Of a stretch of DNA of 64,000 nucleotides, positions 26,088 to 38,796 are shown piece after piece. The stretch is taken from contig OX597820.1 in NCBI GenBank assembly GCA_951406725.2, positions 59,024,001 to 59,088,000 on the forward strand, read 5' to 3'. Numbering within the stretch: the first letter of the stretch is position 1; every line of letters begins with the position of its first letter. Under the pieces are notes generated by a model. The model ran no database searches and had not been told where the DNA came from. It saw only the letters and a program-made list of their open reading frames with translations. A program made the position numbers and the translations under genes. The DNA comes from Octopus vulgaris. Its lineage: Eukaryota.

Positions 26088-26818
26088 CCGTAAATCCTCG
26101 AGTATAGTCCACCCTTGAGTATAATAGGAAGGGGATTTTTAGTGGGGGGGTACTGTACCGCTGAAAAACCTAAACCTTGTGTATAATACGCACCCTTTCT
26201 CTAACTTGAGTCAAGGAGGTCTATATAACGTCCTTGGTTTGCATCAAATAACTGTTCAATTTGTTCCTCCGTAAACATGCCAGCATCATTTTAGTGTAAA
26301 TCTCCGTCATCGTCAGCTTCATAGTCATCATCAGAAGATTCACTTTCATTTATTTCATCTTTCCATACAACGTCATCCTGAGTACCATCCAGTGCAGACG
26401 ATATACAACATTTGATAAAACTTTTCACAATAATCTGGGGATCAAGTTCATTCCATGCATACACGATCCATTTGCATACCAAAGTCAGGTCGGGAGCGCG
26501 AAATATGTTTGTAAATTGTTTGCAAATTGTTTTTGTTACATGTTATTCTGTTTTCTGAATACTTTTATTTTAATAAATGTTGCTTACTGCAAGTTATGGA
26601 TGATTTTTTCATGACTTCATTGCTTTCAGGCTTAGCTTAAGATATTTCCGTGCCCGACATCACAAAATGCATCTGAATAAACATTGCCGGACAGCAAATA
26701 GAGACTTGGGCATTGCTTAGAAAATATTTTTCATTTTTAACCTCGTATATAGTACGCAGTAGGGATTTTGACCTTAAATTTTAGGGGGAAAATGCGGATT
26801 ATACTCGAGGATTTATGG
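26088..26818 (-). mobile_element. Non-autonomous pogo-family DNA transposon
   Basis: TIRs CCGTAAATCCTCGAGTATA / TATACTCGAGGATTTATGG, TA on both sides. Internal WIVYAWNEL..IVKSFIKCCIS..LDGTQDD transposase tail. Confidence 0.88.
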
Positions 26819-27056
26819 TATGCTTCTGGGATACACACATATGCGCGCACACACAAACGTGCACTGAACAGGAAGGAAGATAACTTGCAGAAATCCATAA
26901 TGGTTGTTTTTTAAATTTCTGATCCACTACGGACACGGAAGGACTTGCAGCCGTATAAAAGTTCAAATATGGTTTGAATTTGAAGCTGATAGTTATTGCC
27001 CTACTGTCCACGAATTTTAGATAATATTTCTGAATCAATGATAATAATAATTTCAC

Positions 27057-27208
27057 CTGTCTGTAAGAGTATCATTTCTTTTAGATATACAAACCCAGGA
27101 TCATTACTACCCTCTGACTCCCCGTGACTAATACCCAATGACAGGCCGAATCGATATGGCCAGTAATCATATGAAAGCACAGGTTTTATATAAGAATGTT
27201 CCTCTTCT
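27057..27208 (-). other. Candidate orphan exon (EEEHSYIKPVLSYDYWPYRFGLSLGISHG...MILLQT)
   Basis: ccttcag acceptor, G|gtgaaa donor, open frame, non-repetitive. No recognised homology. Confidence 0.25.
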
Positions 27209-27366
27209 CTGAAGGATGCTGTAACACCAGCAAGGGGTCCCTGACTCCAAGTGGTTTTACTTGCCACCCTGACACCAACCAAGGGAATTTCCCACGCTCA
27301 GATGGATTGTCATCACATTGCTGGGACCCTGACAGTAGCTCTGTATGTATGTACACACACACACAC

Positions 27367-27401
<35 letters not shown>

Positions 27402-27959
27402 TAGTCTTCTGTATGTATGTGTGCATGTTTGTGTGTGTGTGCGTGTGCATGTGTTTGTATGTGTGTGTGTGTATGTATATATATATATAGTGTAATAAAT
27501 AAAATATATGCATACATACAAACATATATGTACGTACCTACATCTACATGTATATATACATGCATATATAAATATATATACGTGAGTACAGGACACCACA
27601 ACTAGACGTAGAACTCAACGAAAAACGAAAACGGACAAGCCATTTTTTTACAACAAAAAAACAGAGACGAAACGAAAACGGGAAAAACATTATTTTTTAC
27701 AACAGAAAAATAAGCTACAGGACAAACTACACAAGGAAAAATCCCCAATCATCAGCTGTCACTAGCAGACTCAAGCGTGTTTCGAAGGCAAGACAGGACA
27801 CGACTCGTCAACTAGTCCTTCCTGCGAGAGAATTAAAATAAAATTGCCTCGCAGAGGGGTAAAAACAGACATGAAAAAAATGTAACAAACAGGACGTAAA
27901 AGCGATACAAATAAAACTGCAAAATAGAAATACATGTACAAGAAAATACAAAACGTATA

Positions 27960-27990
<31 letters not shown>

Positions 27991-28021
27991 TTGTATTTAT
28001 GTATATATGTATGTATGTATG

Positions 28022-28053
<32 letters not shown>

Positions 28054-28618
28054 CGTCTATACGTATGTATGTGTCTGAATGCATGTATGTATGTGTGTAT
28101 GTATGTATGTATATATGTATGAGTGTGTATGCATGCATGCATGTATGCATGTATGTATGTATGTATGTATGTGCGTATGTATGTACTATGTATGTGTGTG
28201 TGTATGTATTGCGACACTCAGCAACACTGGCGCACGTGCGCGCGCGGGCACACACACACAGAGTTAGAAAGAAAGTGAGAGAAAAAGAAAGAGACGGCTG
28301 TGTATGTATATTCGAAGTGAATCGTAAAAATGGAAATTTGTGTAAAAATATAACAACAACAAAAAAAAAAGAGTACAACTGAACTTTATTATTTTGTGAT
28401 GAAAGAAAGAAATATCAACATTTTGGACAACTGTTCTCTGTGGAAATTTGATGAAGAACGGAAAAAAGCAGCATGAGATTAACATAGTCAAAATACATTG
28501 GTTAATGCTGGAAATTTCAGCAGAGAAGAGCAGACAAACGCTGATAGAAATAAATGCAAGAGAATTATAGTGAAGAGGAAATATGCTAGAAACAATTTTT
28601 TTTTACTAAATGTAGATA

Positions 28619-28990
28619 GGCATAGGAGTGGCTGTGTGGTAAGTAGCTTGCTTACCAACCACATGGTTCCTGGTTCAGTCCCACTGCGTGGCACCTTGGC
28701 CAAGTGTCTTCTACTATAGCTTCGAACCGACCAAAGCCTTGTGAATGGATTTGGTAGACGGAAACTGAAAGAAGCCCGTCGTATATATATATGTGTGTGT
28801 GTGTGTGTGTTTGTGTCGCTGTGTTGTCCCCTCCCCCCAACATCGCTTGACAACCGATGCTGGTGTTTACGTCCCCGTAACTTAGCGGTTCGGCAAAAGA
28901 GACCGATAGAATGAGTCCCGGGGTCGATTTGCTCGACTAAAGGCGGTGCTCCAGCATGGCCACAGTCAAATGAATGAAACAAGTAAAAGA
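28619..28990 (+). mobile_element. SINE family 2, near full length
   Basis: GGCATAGGAGTGGCTGTGTGG ... GGTTCAGTCCC head, internal (TG)n, tail aaacaagtaaaaga. Confidence 0.82.
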
Positions 28991-29056
28991 GTACCATTAG
29001 TAAGGAAATCATAAATGCTAGTTGATATTTGAAGTTAGTGAAACACTAGTTAATAA

Positions 29057-29398
29057 TTAAACCACTTTAACGTATCTTTCGAACTTCGGCATAGAATTGG
29101 TGCAATACTTTTTGACATCCTTTACGAATTCTTCGCGCTTTTTTCCAAATATCGAAAAGTATGCTTTTGCTTCTGGAGTATATTTCTTCACCACTGGAAT
29201 GATATCTGCGAATTTCCAACTCGCCTAGTCATTATTGTATTCATTTAATAATTTTATTCTTTTTTTGATGCTAGAAACCACGTCTGGGGGTGACCGACAA
29301 CGGAAATTTCTGGGTAGTTTAACATTCTTAAATACGATGACACCTGGGAATCTTACCCATCCTCCATACAGTGGATGAATAGCAACACCATTAATTGT
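29057..29398 (-). pseudogene. MMACHC: Second, divergent CblC/MMACHC-like exon 4 with one in-frame TAG (29225-29227)
   Basis: TINGVAIHPLYGGWVRFPGVIVF...LNEYNND*ASWKFADIIPVVKKYTPEAKAYFS...VKVV*. tttcag acceptor. The stop aligns to human Trp200. Confidence 0.85.
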
Positions 29399-29496
29399 CT
29401 GAAATATAAAGAAAGTGGACGGAATTAGATAATATTTGTAACTGTAAAAGAAACAGTTGTAGAAATGATGGATATTGCCTTTTGGAGTGTCTAAGG

Positions 29497-32421
29497 CAGG
29501 GGTGGGCGAACTTTTTTGATCGCGGGCCGCACAGTGCGTCTTTGGAACCTTGGCGGGCCTCATTTATAAAAATCGAGAGAAAATATTTTTAAAGGCGGTT
29601 ATAGACCTATAAACATACAATTGATTGAAAGGAAATTTTGTGAAATATTCCTGGTTTAAGTGATTTAATTTATTTTTTAGAGTATCGGGTTCATGTTTTT
29701 CGGTTATTTGCTCCTATAGTTGAAATTATTACAGGAACCTCGGTTATTTTGGACAGCCTGTTATTGCTTACAAATTGCCAGGAACGGAATTTTCCTAGTA
29801 AAATCTGCACTAATTGTGGACAACCACCTCTTAATATTATGGACAACCATGATGAATATTATACTTAACTTCTAGGATACCCAAAATAAAAGATTTTAAA
29901 GAGAAATAACAGTTTATTAATATGAATTGATATCTGAAATTAGAAACGTCACCTGAAGCATTTATTTGAAAAACAAAGCGGCTCTGTAAATAACAATGTC
30001 AATGAGAATGATGCAGCTGACTACTGTCATTTACCAGTTTGTCAAAATTAGGTGTCAAGTTGCTTGTGCTGATTCTTAACACTGACTGAAGATTTGAGTC
30101 TGTGAGAAGTGATCGATTCTTCCCCTTGTTAATTTTCATGATGGAGAAAGTCTGCTCACATATGTAAGTTGATGCAAACAACACAAACATCTTTCTTGCA
30201 AATTTTTTTAGATTTTGAAACTTTTTTGAATGTAGAGAAGCATAAAACTCGACCAGTGGTTTACTTTCAAACATCATCTTTAAAGAATTGTCGGCTTGCA
30301 AATGAATCAGTTCTATCTGCAGTTCCTCGGTAGTTGTTTCAATGTCACAGGCAAGAGGTGAGTTAAGCAAATCGAGCAGGCCTTCAACTGCCTTGAAATC
30401 AGCAAATCTTCTAATGAATTCCTTTTGTAAAGCCATCAACTGGGAACTGTACTTGTCCGATGATTCTTGTGTAACAGACTGTGTTTTCAGCAGAGGGAAG
30501 TGAATAAATTTTTGCTCATTCAGCTGCTTGGCAAAAAGTCCAAGCTTCCATTGAAAAGCTTTCACTTCCAGGTACAATTCATGAGCAAATATACCTTTGC
30601 CTTGCAGTTTTGTGTTAAGTTCATTCAGCTTCTGCATTATGTCCACAGCAAATGCAAAATCACAAACCCATTCGTCACTCTCCATTTCGTTTAAAAAGTC
30701 ACAGGAGATGTCTTGCATTTTGAGAAACATAAGAATCTCTGCTTTGAGGTCCCATACTCTCTTAAGAACTTTTCCAATGCTTAACCAGCGGACATTTGTG
30801 TAGTACAGCACATCAGTAAAATCAGCCTCCACATCCTCCAAGAAACTTCGGAATTGCCTGTGTTTCAATCCCCGTGATCTTATTAAATTCACTGCACGCA
30901 CCACAGGTTCGATGACATGTTTGAGTTTTAAAGATGACTTACAAAGGTTTTTTTGATGTATGATGCAGTGAAAAGACAACACACTGTGTAGTGGAAAATC
31001 TTCTTTGATTTTGTCATTCAACAACTTCACAAGGCCGGAATGTTTACCGGTGAGTGAAGGAGCTCCATCGGTTGTAATGCTGGCCAGTTTATTTAGGGTT
31101 AATCCAGACCTGATTGAACTGTTAATGACACTGTTGAACAAATCTTTTCCAGTAGTAGTGTCTTTGAGAGACGCCATAGATAACAATTCCTCTGTAATTT
31201 CAAAGTTTTCGTCAATTCCTCTGATGTAAATGAGTAACTGAGCAGTATCCTGAATATCAGTACTCTCATCTAAAGCAATAGAAAACCACTGAAATCGACC
31301 ACTGGCTGTTAACAGCTGTTCATGAATACTTACGGCAATTGCATCAATGCGACGAACAATAGTTCTTCGTGACAGGGAAATGGCTTCTACTTTTGACTTA
31401 ACTTCAGGACACACAACGCTGACAGCATCAACCATACAATCTTTGATAAATTCTGCTTCTGCGAATGACTTGTTTTGCTTTGCAATTTTGTTGACCAATA
31501 TAAAACTTGCCTTTGTCGCGTTCCTTTGTAAAGAGGAAGTTTTATCAAACACATTTTGCTGTTGCTTCAAACGTTTTGTCAGATCATTTGCTTTCTTTTG
31601 CAGTTCTTGTTTTGATAAATTGTGTCCAAAATTGGCGTGCTTCGTTTGAAAGTGGGGTTTCAAATTATATTCCTTGAACACAGCAACTGTTTCAGAACAA
31701 ATCAAACATGCAGCTTTCACTCCAACGTCGGTAAAGAAATACTTATCAGTCCGATTTTCATTAAAAACACGACATTCCTCTTCAATTTTTCGCTTTTTAG
31801 ATAGCTTCGAACAACTCATTTTGGGTAAATTTTATCAGACAACAAAAGCTAGTTTGAAACACTCGTATCTGTACTAAATTCAAATATTCGATAGAGTGAA
31901 TGATAACCAACCACAGCTCTGTGTCCAGAAAAAGCTGGTTCAAGCCCTTTTATTAACCTGGCCGGCTTCTTCATTGGAACGAAACGCATCATCCATCATG
32001 CCCTCTTCACCATCTATCACGTGATTTATTTATTTGAATGTTTCAAGCATATCGATTGACTCGTTGTATTGCCACAATACTTGTTTCATTGTTCTATTAA
32101 TTTTTGTTTTTGTAGGGTCTTACGAGAAAACACAGAAAAGATATCTCCACCCGGAAATGTGTTTTATTATGATGTCATGGGAATATTTCTCGAAATTTTT
32201 CATCGCTTCACAGTAGCTGAAACAAACAAACAGCGGACAATTTTGTGAAGGCGCGAAACAGTGAACTGAAATAAAATGCAAACTATTGTGAATTACCGTA
32301 CAACTGAAACAGTTACGAAGTATCTGCATAGAAGTTGGGATTCATAAAAGCTCTCGGCGGGCTGCATGAAAACCTATGGCGGGCCGCATGCGGCCCGCGG
32401 GCCGTAGTTTGCTCACCCCTG
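29497..32421 (-). mobile_element. Full-length hAT (Buster/SPIN/Charlie-like) DNA transposon
   Basis: TIRs CAGGGGTGGGCGAACT / AGTTTGCTCACCCCTG, subterminal GCGGGCCGCA motifs, internal transposase. Flanks GTCTAAGG and GTCTAGAG. Confidence 0.95.
29999..31819 (-). CDS. hAT transposase, 606 aa (GTF2IRD2/SPIN-like)
   Basis: Uninterrupted ORF. CLIC..HFQTKH zinc finger, LDESTD, TDGA, CIIH, RWLS, STYICEQTFS (DDE triad intact). Confidence 0.95.
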   Translation of the reverse strand: MSCSKLSKKRKIEEECRVFNENRTDKYFFTDVGVKAACLICSETVAVFKEYNLKPHFQTKHANFGHNLSKQELQKKANDLTKRLKQQQNVFDKTSSLQRNATKASFILVNKIAKQNKSFAEAEFIKDCMVDAVSVVCPEVKSKVEAISLSRRTIVRRIDAIAVSIHEQLLTASGRFQWFSIALDESTDIQDTAQLLIYIRGIDENFEITEELLSMASLKDTTTGKDLFNSVINSSIRSGLTLNKLASITTDGAPSLTGKHSGLVKLLNDKIKEDFPLHSVLSFHCIIHQKNLCKSSLKLKHVIEPVVRAVNLIRSRGLKHRQFRSFLEDVEADFTDVLYYTNVRWLSIGKVLKRVWDLKAEILMFLKMQDISCDFLNEMESDEWVCDFAFAVDIMQKLNELNTKLQGKGIFAHELYLEVKAFQWKLGLFAKQLNEQKFIHFPLLKTQSVTQESSDKYSSQLMALQKEFIRRFADFKAVEGLLDLLNSPLACDIETTTEELQIELIHLQADNSLKMMFESKPLVEFYASLHSKKFQNLKKFARKMFVLFASTYICEQTFSIMKINKGKNRSLLTDSNLQSVLRISTSNLTPNFDKLVNDSSQLHHSH

Positions 32422-32550
32422 GTCTAGAGACTTTCTTTCTGTTAAATGGATCAAAGATGTGTGTATATGCAGTTTTATCATTCTATCGTTCTGTATTGAA
32501 AATTTGGCTTTGTGTTTAGATTAACTCTTGGATCATGTTCAAAAGCTTAC

Positions 32551-32745
32551 CTGTTGGATCTTTTTCATATAAAACATGATAAACTTGTAGTCAGTATCAA
32601 CAAGTGGCTTTCTGGTTTTGTTACATACGAATGTTTTAAAAGCTTTCTCAAACATATCAGGTCGACCAATAATAGTAAAAGCTATAGTGTCTTTCTCATA
32701 AGGAAGGTGGTATTTTGTTTCAGCCAAATAATTGTACCATTGCAC
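32551..32745 (-). pseudogene. MMACHC: Duplicated CblC/MMACHC-like exon 2 (orphaned)
   Basis: Near-identical to 13753-13947 (Q->K plus one synonymous change), splice sites intact. No exon 1 or exon 3 found in this arm. Confidence 0.85.
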
Positions 32746-34485
32746 CTGCAACCAGAGATGATATTATAACAAAAATGTTATTAATTCAGTGGATTAGTAA
32801 ATTCAAGAAAGTGACGGATAAACTTCCTTGCAGTTGTTACACCCCTTCGCCTTTTACATTCAAACGCTATCAAACTCACCTTTCCCGTTCATCTATCGAA
32901 GGTTACAAAGTCAGTTCTCTCCAAAGTGAATGTTCTCTTCTGCCAATATTAGAAATTATAATATAATATTCCAAGATGGAATGTTATGGTAAGGATATTG
33001 CAGTTGTAGCATGTCTCTACCCCAATTTGAACCTGGATTCTGTTTTCAATCAGGTTTTAATAAACAACATAACGGGGTCTTTCAAACTGAGGCATGACGC
33101 CATGGAAAATCTAATCAATCGTCCCAAGAACTACACATCACATTTAAGAAAAATTCAAACAAATTCCAAATTGCTGATTGAAAACCAGTCAGGCTTTGAT
33201 TAAGTTAAATACAACTTGTTATAATAGCGAACAACAGGCAGGGGTCAGTCGAACACAGTCACGGACAAAGCTATACAGGCAGGCAGGTACGCACGCAGAA
33301 GGCAGATAGGCAGAAGGCAGACAGGCAGACAACCAGACAGACAGACAGATAGACAGACAGACAGACAACTAGACAGAGGAGAGATGCAGTTATGCGTTAA
33401 GTTACGCTACTTCCGACGACGACGACCATGACGATAACGACGACGATGATGAGGTTGTTGCTTTTTATCATCTGGTAAAGGGGCACTCCTATGATTAAGG
33501 ACATAGCAGCCATGATAATTGAGTCTTTGACAATATGTCTAGAAGTGTCGAACAGAAGACATGTGATATCTGGGAGTGCTTTTATTCGATGAGTCTTGTT
33601 ATGTGTAATTTGAGGGAAATTTCATTACTCTTTCAAGCAGCCACCTTCATTGGCTCGGTGGATGTGAGACCGAGAAAGACAGGACGACATCAAGAAAGAA
33701 TGATAGTAGAAGAGAGAGAGAGAGAGAAAGAAAAAAAGAAACTGACACAGAAAACAAATATACAAAATATACACAAGAAATGAATTGAAAATTTCCCAAT
33801 AAGGAGAAGACACCAAGAGCTGATTAACGGACTCTACAGAGCCAAAACTACCTTGACTTCTAAGGGAGAGTACTTTCTCATGACACTGATTTCGGCCCAC
33901 AAGAACAGGCTGGGAACCAGTCTATTAACTGGGGACATTCTTATCATTCTCAGACACTTAACAATTCTTTCCGCCAACAACTCTCTTGAGAATTTTGATG
34001 GTTTGGCGAAAGAGGCAAGTGGATGTCTTCGGTTCTTTCAGTAATGTGCTTCATATAATATCTTTCACCACAGCCACCAGACATAGAACTGTCTCCTTTT
34101 CCCAACTAAAGAAAGGTAGGGGGATCATACTTCAGGTGGATTCGGTTGACATTCAAATCAGTTAACATGCAACAAAAGTAGTTCCACATTACTCCACAAG
34201 TTGGTAGTGCTTGGACACTGAAGAACGGTTTCCTCGCTCTGTGCAAAATAAGGATGGGTGCTACCGTTCTTATATAGCTTATCCTGAACCGGCAGTGCGC
34301 TATCCATTAGCAGTACTAGCTACCAAACTGGCTATTTTTTTTTTCTTTGATTTGTTTTTGCTTTCTGTTTGTGTTTGACAAAATCAACGGAACAGTTTTG
34401 ACGTTGATTTATTAATAGTTTCGTGTGACAAGATAGATCTCTCACTGAAGTAAGCGAAGGAGAAAGGGAGAAAAAAATAGACGAG

Positions 34486-34521
<36 letters not shown>

Positions 34522-37079
34522 AACGACAATATGACGGAGCTGATAAAGTAAATTAAAGACTTTAGACTTTGGATCAGAAGGTTTGAAAATAAAACGCAAC
34601 TGACTGCAATAAAGCGCTTACATAAATGTGTCTGTTTGAGAGAGAGAGAGAGTGTGTTTAAGTGAATATGTGAGTGTGTGTATGTGTGTGTTGGTTGTAT
34701 GTGTGTGTGTGTGTGTTCTTGTTTCTTACATAAATTGAACTATGTAATACAGAAATAGATAAGAAATATGTAATCATTGCCACTATACAACATCAGCGGG
34801 AAAAACAAGATTTCTTTCATTCATTATTTAATAATTGTTAAAGCACCGAGTTGGCAGAATCGTTAGCACGCCGGGCGAAATGCGTAGCCGTATTTCGTCT
34901 GCCGTTACGTTCTGAGTTCAAATTCCGCCGAGGTTGACTTTGCCTTTCATCCTTTCGGGATCGATAAATTAAGTACTAGTTACGCACTGGGGTCGATGTA
35001 ATCGACTTAATCCGTTTGTCTGTCCTTGTTTGTCTCCTCTATGGTCTTAACATGAAATTTCTTTAGATCCAGAAATATTTCTCGCCTGGTAGCTTGATAT
35101 ATCAACAACGAGTGAAAACAGTGAACCAGGGAATGATTTTATTGACTTCTGAAAAGACTAGGGAATAAGAAATTATTTCGAAAAGGCTGGGCTCCATGTC
35201 AAGCACTTTAGGTGGAAGCAGACCAGCCTAGCACCAAGATAGTTTATCACCTCTCTTGGTGATCAGGTCTATGACTGTGTTTGGTTCTCTTCACAACTTG
35301 GTGTGTCCGTGAAGCAAGATTCTCCGTATTGTTTAACCTGAAATCACAACTTAATAACTGTACCTCGATGCTGTGTTTTTACTAATCAAACACAACACAG
35401 CCGCAAAATCTCACTAAATTAGTAAGAGTCAATATTACAATGTAATCAGGATATAAAACAAAATTCCACGCTTCAGTTTGATTTCGTTTCATTTATTTTT
35501 CGTGGAGAACAAATTTATTACATGAAGCAGGTGAATCAAAGTTATGTTATGACATAGTGTGTTGCTAGCATATATCTTATTTCCGATTATTCTATGACTG
35601 AGTATGACGAAATCCATATGATTTTCTTTCTTCTTCAGGTTCAGGTTTTGTAGCCATACAAAAGTAAAACACCACTTTTCATCTTTTGAAGTATTTGTGT
35701 TATATATGTCAGAGAGAGAGGATTTCACTAAGGGTACGCTACATAGCCCCCCCTCCATACAAGACGTTTTGTAGAAGACAAAACGGCGATAATAAAAAAG
35801 TGGACATAACTGTAGCGAAGAGGTGAAATTAGAATGGTTGGTCAATTAGTCTGACACTGGGTCACCATTTTGTGGACGTTCGAGTGAACGTAAGGCCGGC
35901 TGTACGCTACACCTTTAAACAGATATCTTAAACACATGAGTGAAAGTGCGTGGCCTAGAGGTAAGGGGGTGTTGCGTTCACGATCGCCAAATCGTGATTT
36001 TGATTCTCGAACCAAGCGATGCGATGTTTTCTTCAGCAAAAGTGACTTTCTAATTAGCACGCCTGACGAAAAATTACCACGATTTTTTTTTCTTCTTTGG
36101 CAGTGCGGCCCGCCTGATGATGAGTAATGTCTCATGTGGCTCACTTCTCGAGAACGTTTGCCCATGTCTGCACCATGTCAAGTTAACTTGCTCTGTAATA
36201 ATAACAACAACAATAACAATAACAACAACAACAATGGACAAAGAAGATTGTACGAGATCTAAGAATGTGAACAAAGACATATTTGGTTTGTGGATTTAGC
36301 GTGAAGTAAACACCCAATTTTACTGTAAACAAATATGCCAGTTTGAAGCCCTGACAAAACTAACAAAGACAGTATAAAACAGTTAAAACATCAGGTCGTC
36401 AAATAAAAATATGAAGTATTTCTATGTTATTTATTTATTCACTTAACTTCTTTCTCTCCAGCCCACTTTCGATCTTACTTTAACTTCTTAATTTTTGCAA
36501 CGGGGCTGTTTAGTTATTTTTGCTTTCATGTTTCAGCTTGTACTCCGACAATGGACTGCGGCCATGGTGGAGTACCACTTTGACGGGTTTAGTCGGACAA
36601 ATTGACCCACAGTGCCTATTTTTTCAAACCTGGTATTTATTCTATCTTTTTCTCATTGCCGATCCGCTAAAATACGCGGGGCGTAAGTAAACCAACATCA
36701 CTTGACAAGCGGTGGTGAGGGACAAACACAAACGCAGACACACACATATATATAAACACGCACAGACATACATACACACATACGCACACACACACACACA
36801 CACACACATACACACACACATATACACATATTGTACGTATTTATATATATATATATATATCATTACTTTTTGACCTACAGATTAAAAAAATAATTTTTTG
36901 TAACTAAGCACTTTCAAACTTCGGACACTGGTAGAATGTGTCATATAAAACATATTTTACTCTTAGCATTTTTGAGAAAAACTTATATTTAGGAAGCTAT
37001 TTCACCTTAAAGTTATCGTATTTCGGTAATTTCAACCAGTCAATGACGTGTATTCAGCTGAATAAAATTACTGTCGAGA

Positions 37080-37550
37080 GTGATAAAAATCAAACATCTA
37101 GTCAGCATCATGATGTTTGGAATGATCACTAGTGATGGGGATGTTATGCCTCAATTCATCTTCTCACACGGCTTCAGACTCTGATCAGATGTTTCTGGTC
37201 CACCTTTGCACCCCCTTCTCAACGCGAAGATCTACATCAAGTGCCTGGAGGTGGTAGTGCTGCCTTGGGTCAAGATGGCGGCTGCTGGAAGACCCTATGT
37301 CTGGCAACAGAACTCTGCGCAATGCCACACAAGCAGGAGAACCCAGTCGTGGTTGGCAGACAATTTCTGCGACCACATCACCCATAACATTTGGCTACCT
37401 AACTCCCCAGACTGCAAACCCCTTGATTATTATGTGTGGGGCGAAATTGGGCAAGAGACCAACAAGACTCCTTGTAACACCAAAGGTGAATTGAAGGAAA
37501 AGATCATAGCAGCATTCACCAACTTAAACAAGGAAACCGTCCAGAACTTC
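37080..37550 (+). mobile_element. Tc1/mariner superfamily transposase remnant, DD37D (maT)-type spacing
   Basis: WQQNSAQCH...WLPNSPDCKPLDYYVWG, with 37 residues between the second and third catalytic positions. Confidence 0.75.
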
Positions 37551-37596
37551 TGTCATTGTCTTCTGTTTGTTTTTTTGTGAATTTTCCCTACCCCAC

Positions 37597-37643
<47 letters not shown>

Positions 37644-37799
37644 CACATATACATACTTACATATGCATACATACATATATATATACATACATACATATAT
37701 ACATATATATATTTGTTTCTCTCTCTTTCTCTCCACACACTCACACGCACGCACACACACACATACATACATATATGTATACATATATATATATACACA

Positions 37800-37916
<117 letters not shown>

Positions 37917-38460
37917 ATATATACATACATATATATGTATATATATATATTAGCATATATGGGTAAAGGAAGTCACAAAACGTAAACAACATGAAATACA
38001 AAATACGAATATATATATAAATATATAACCACACTTACGTGAGGATGTATGCACATGTGCATACTTATATATATATATATGTACATGTGTGTATGCATAT
38101 ATGATTTTGCATGTTTGTATATATTTGTAAGTATATGTCTATATGTGAGTGTATGTGTGTGTCTGCGCGCGCGCATACACACACATACTCATACATATAT
38201 ATATACATAAATGCATACATACATAAACCTTCCCTTTTCACCTCTACATGGTCAGACCCTTAGACAAACAAGCTAAATTCCTTACACTACTTGCTGTCGA
38301 GAATGAAAACACAGTCTGTGTGTTTGTTTCATGCCATCACGGAAAAGACGAGTGTCAAAGCCGATGGGAATAACAAAACCAATGCCGACGGGGACGACGA
38401 CAACGATGTCTGATAAGAAAGGGGATGATTGTTAGTAACTACTTTAGTAAGGTAAAAAGC

Positions 38461-38796
38461 ATGTCGATCGAACCGTATCTTCTACTGTGCATCATATTTC
38501 TAATGTTCGAAGAAAATTCTACAAAACTAATTCGGATGAGCGGGGTGCAAGTAGCAAATAGCCATTCGAAACGGGTAACTATTGGAGACCGTTCAGGAGT
38601 TATATCGAAAACCGATTCTCACAGCAAATACCAGAAGCGAATATTTCATAAGACATTTCTATCACGAATCGTACAGAGCAAACGTGGAGAAACTTTTAAA
38701 CAACGTGAGGTTAAAGAAAATTTTGAGCAAAGCAGACGACACCACAAATCAAATGAGTTAACAAATCATTTTCCGAGTCATGACAGAAAAAATCAA
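38461..38796 (+). CDS. Gene X first coding exon (putative signal peptide, KR sites)
   Basis: 112 codons, CAA|gtatga donor, phase 0. Open in both arms. Confidence 0.6.

Noticed and set aside
32880-32939. Possible 60-nt minus-strand exon with an in-frame TGA upstream of CblC exon 2
   Set aside because: The true exon 1 is at 9695-9778. The acceptor is absent in the left copy and there is no CblC homology.
32976-33203. 75-aa ORF open in both arms (mirror 13298-13525)
   Set aside because: Antisense within CblC intron 1, with no recognisable homology. Retention is explained by the recent duplication.
35489-36299. ORFs in sequence unique to the right arm
   Set aside because: No recognisable motifs and no consistent splice chain.
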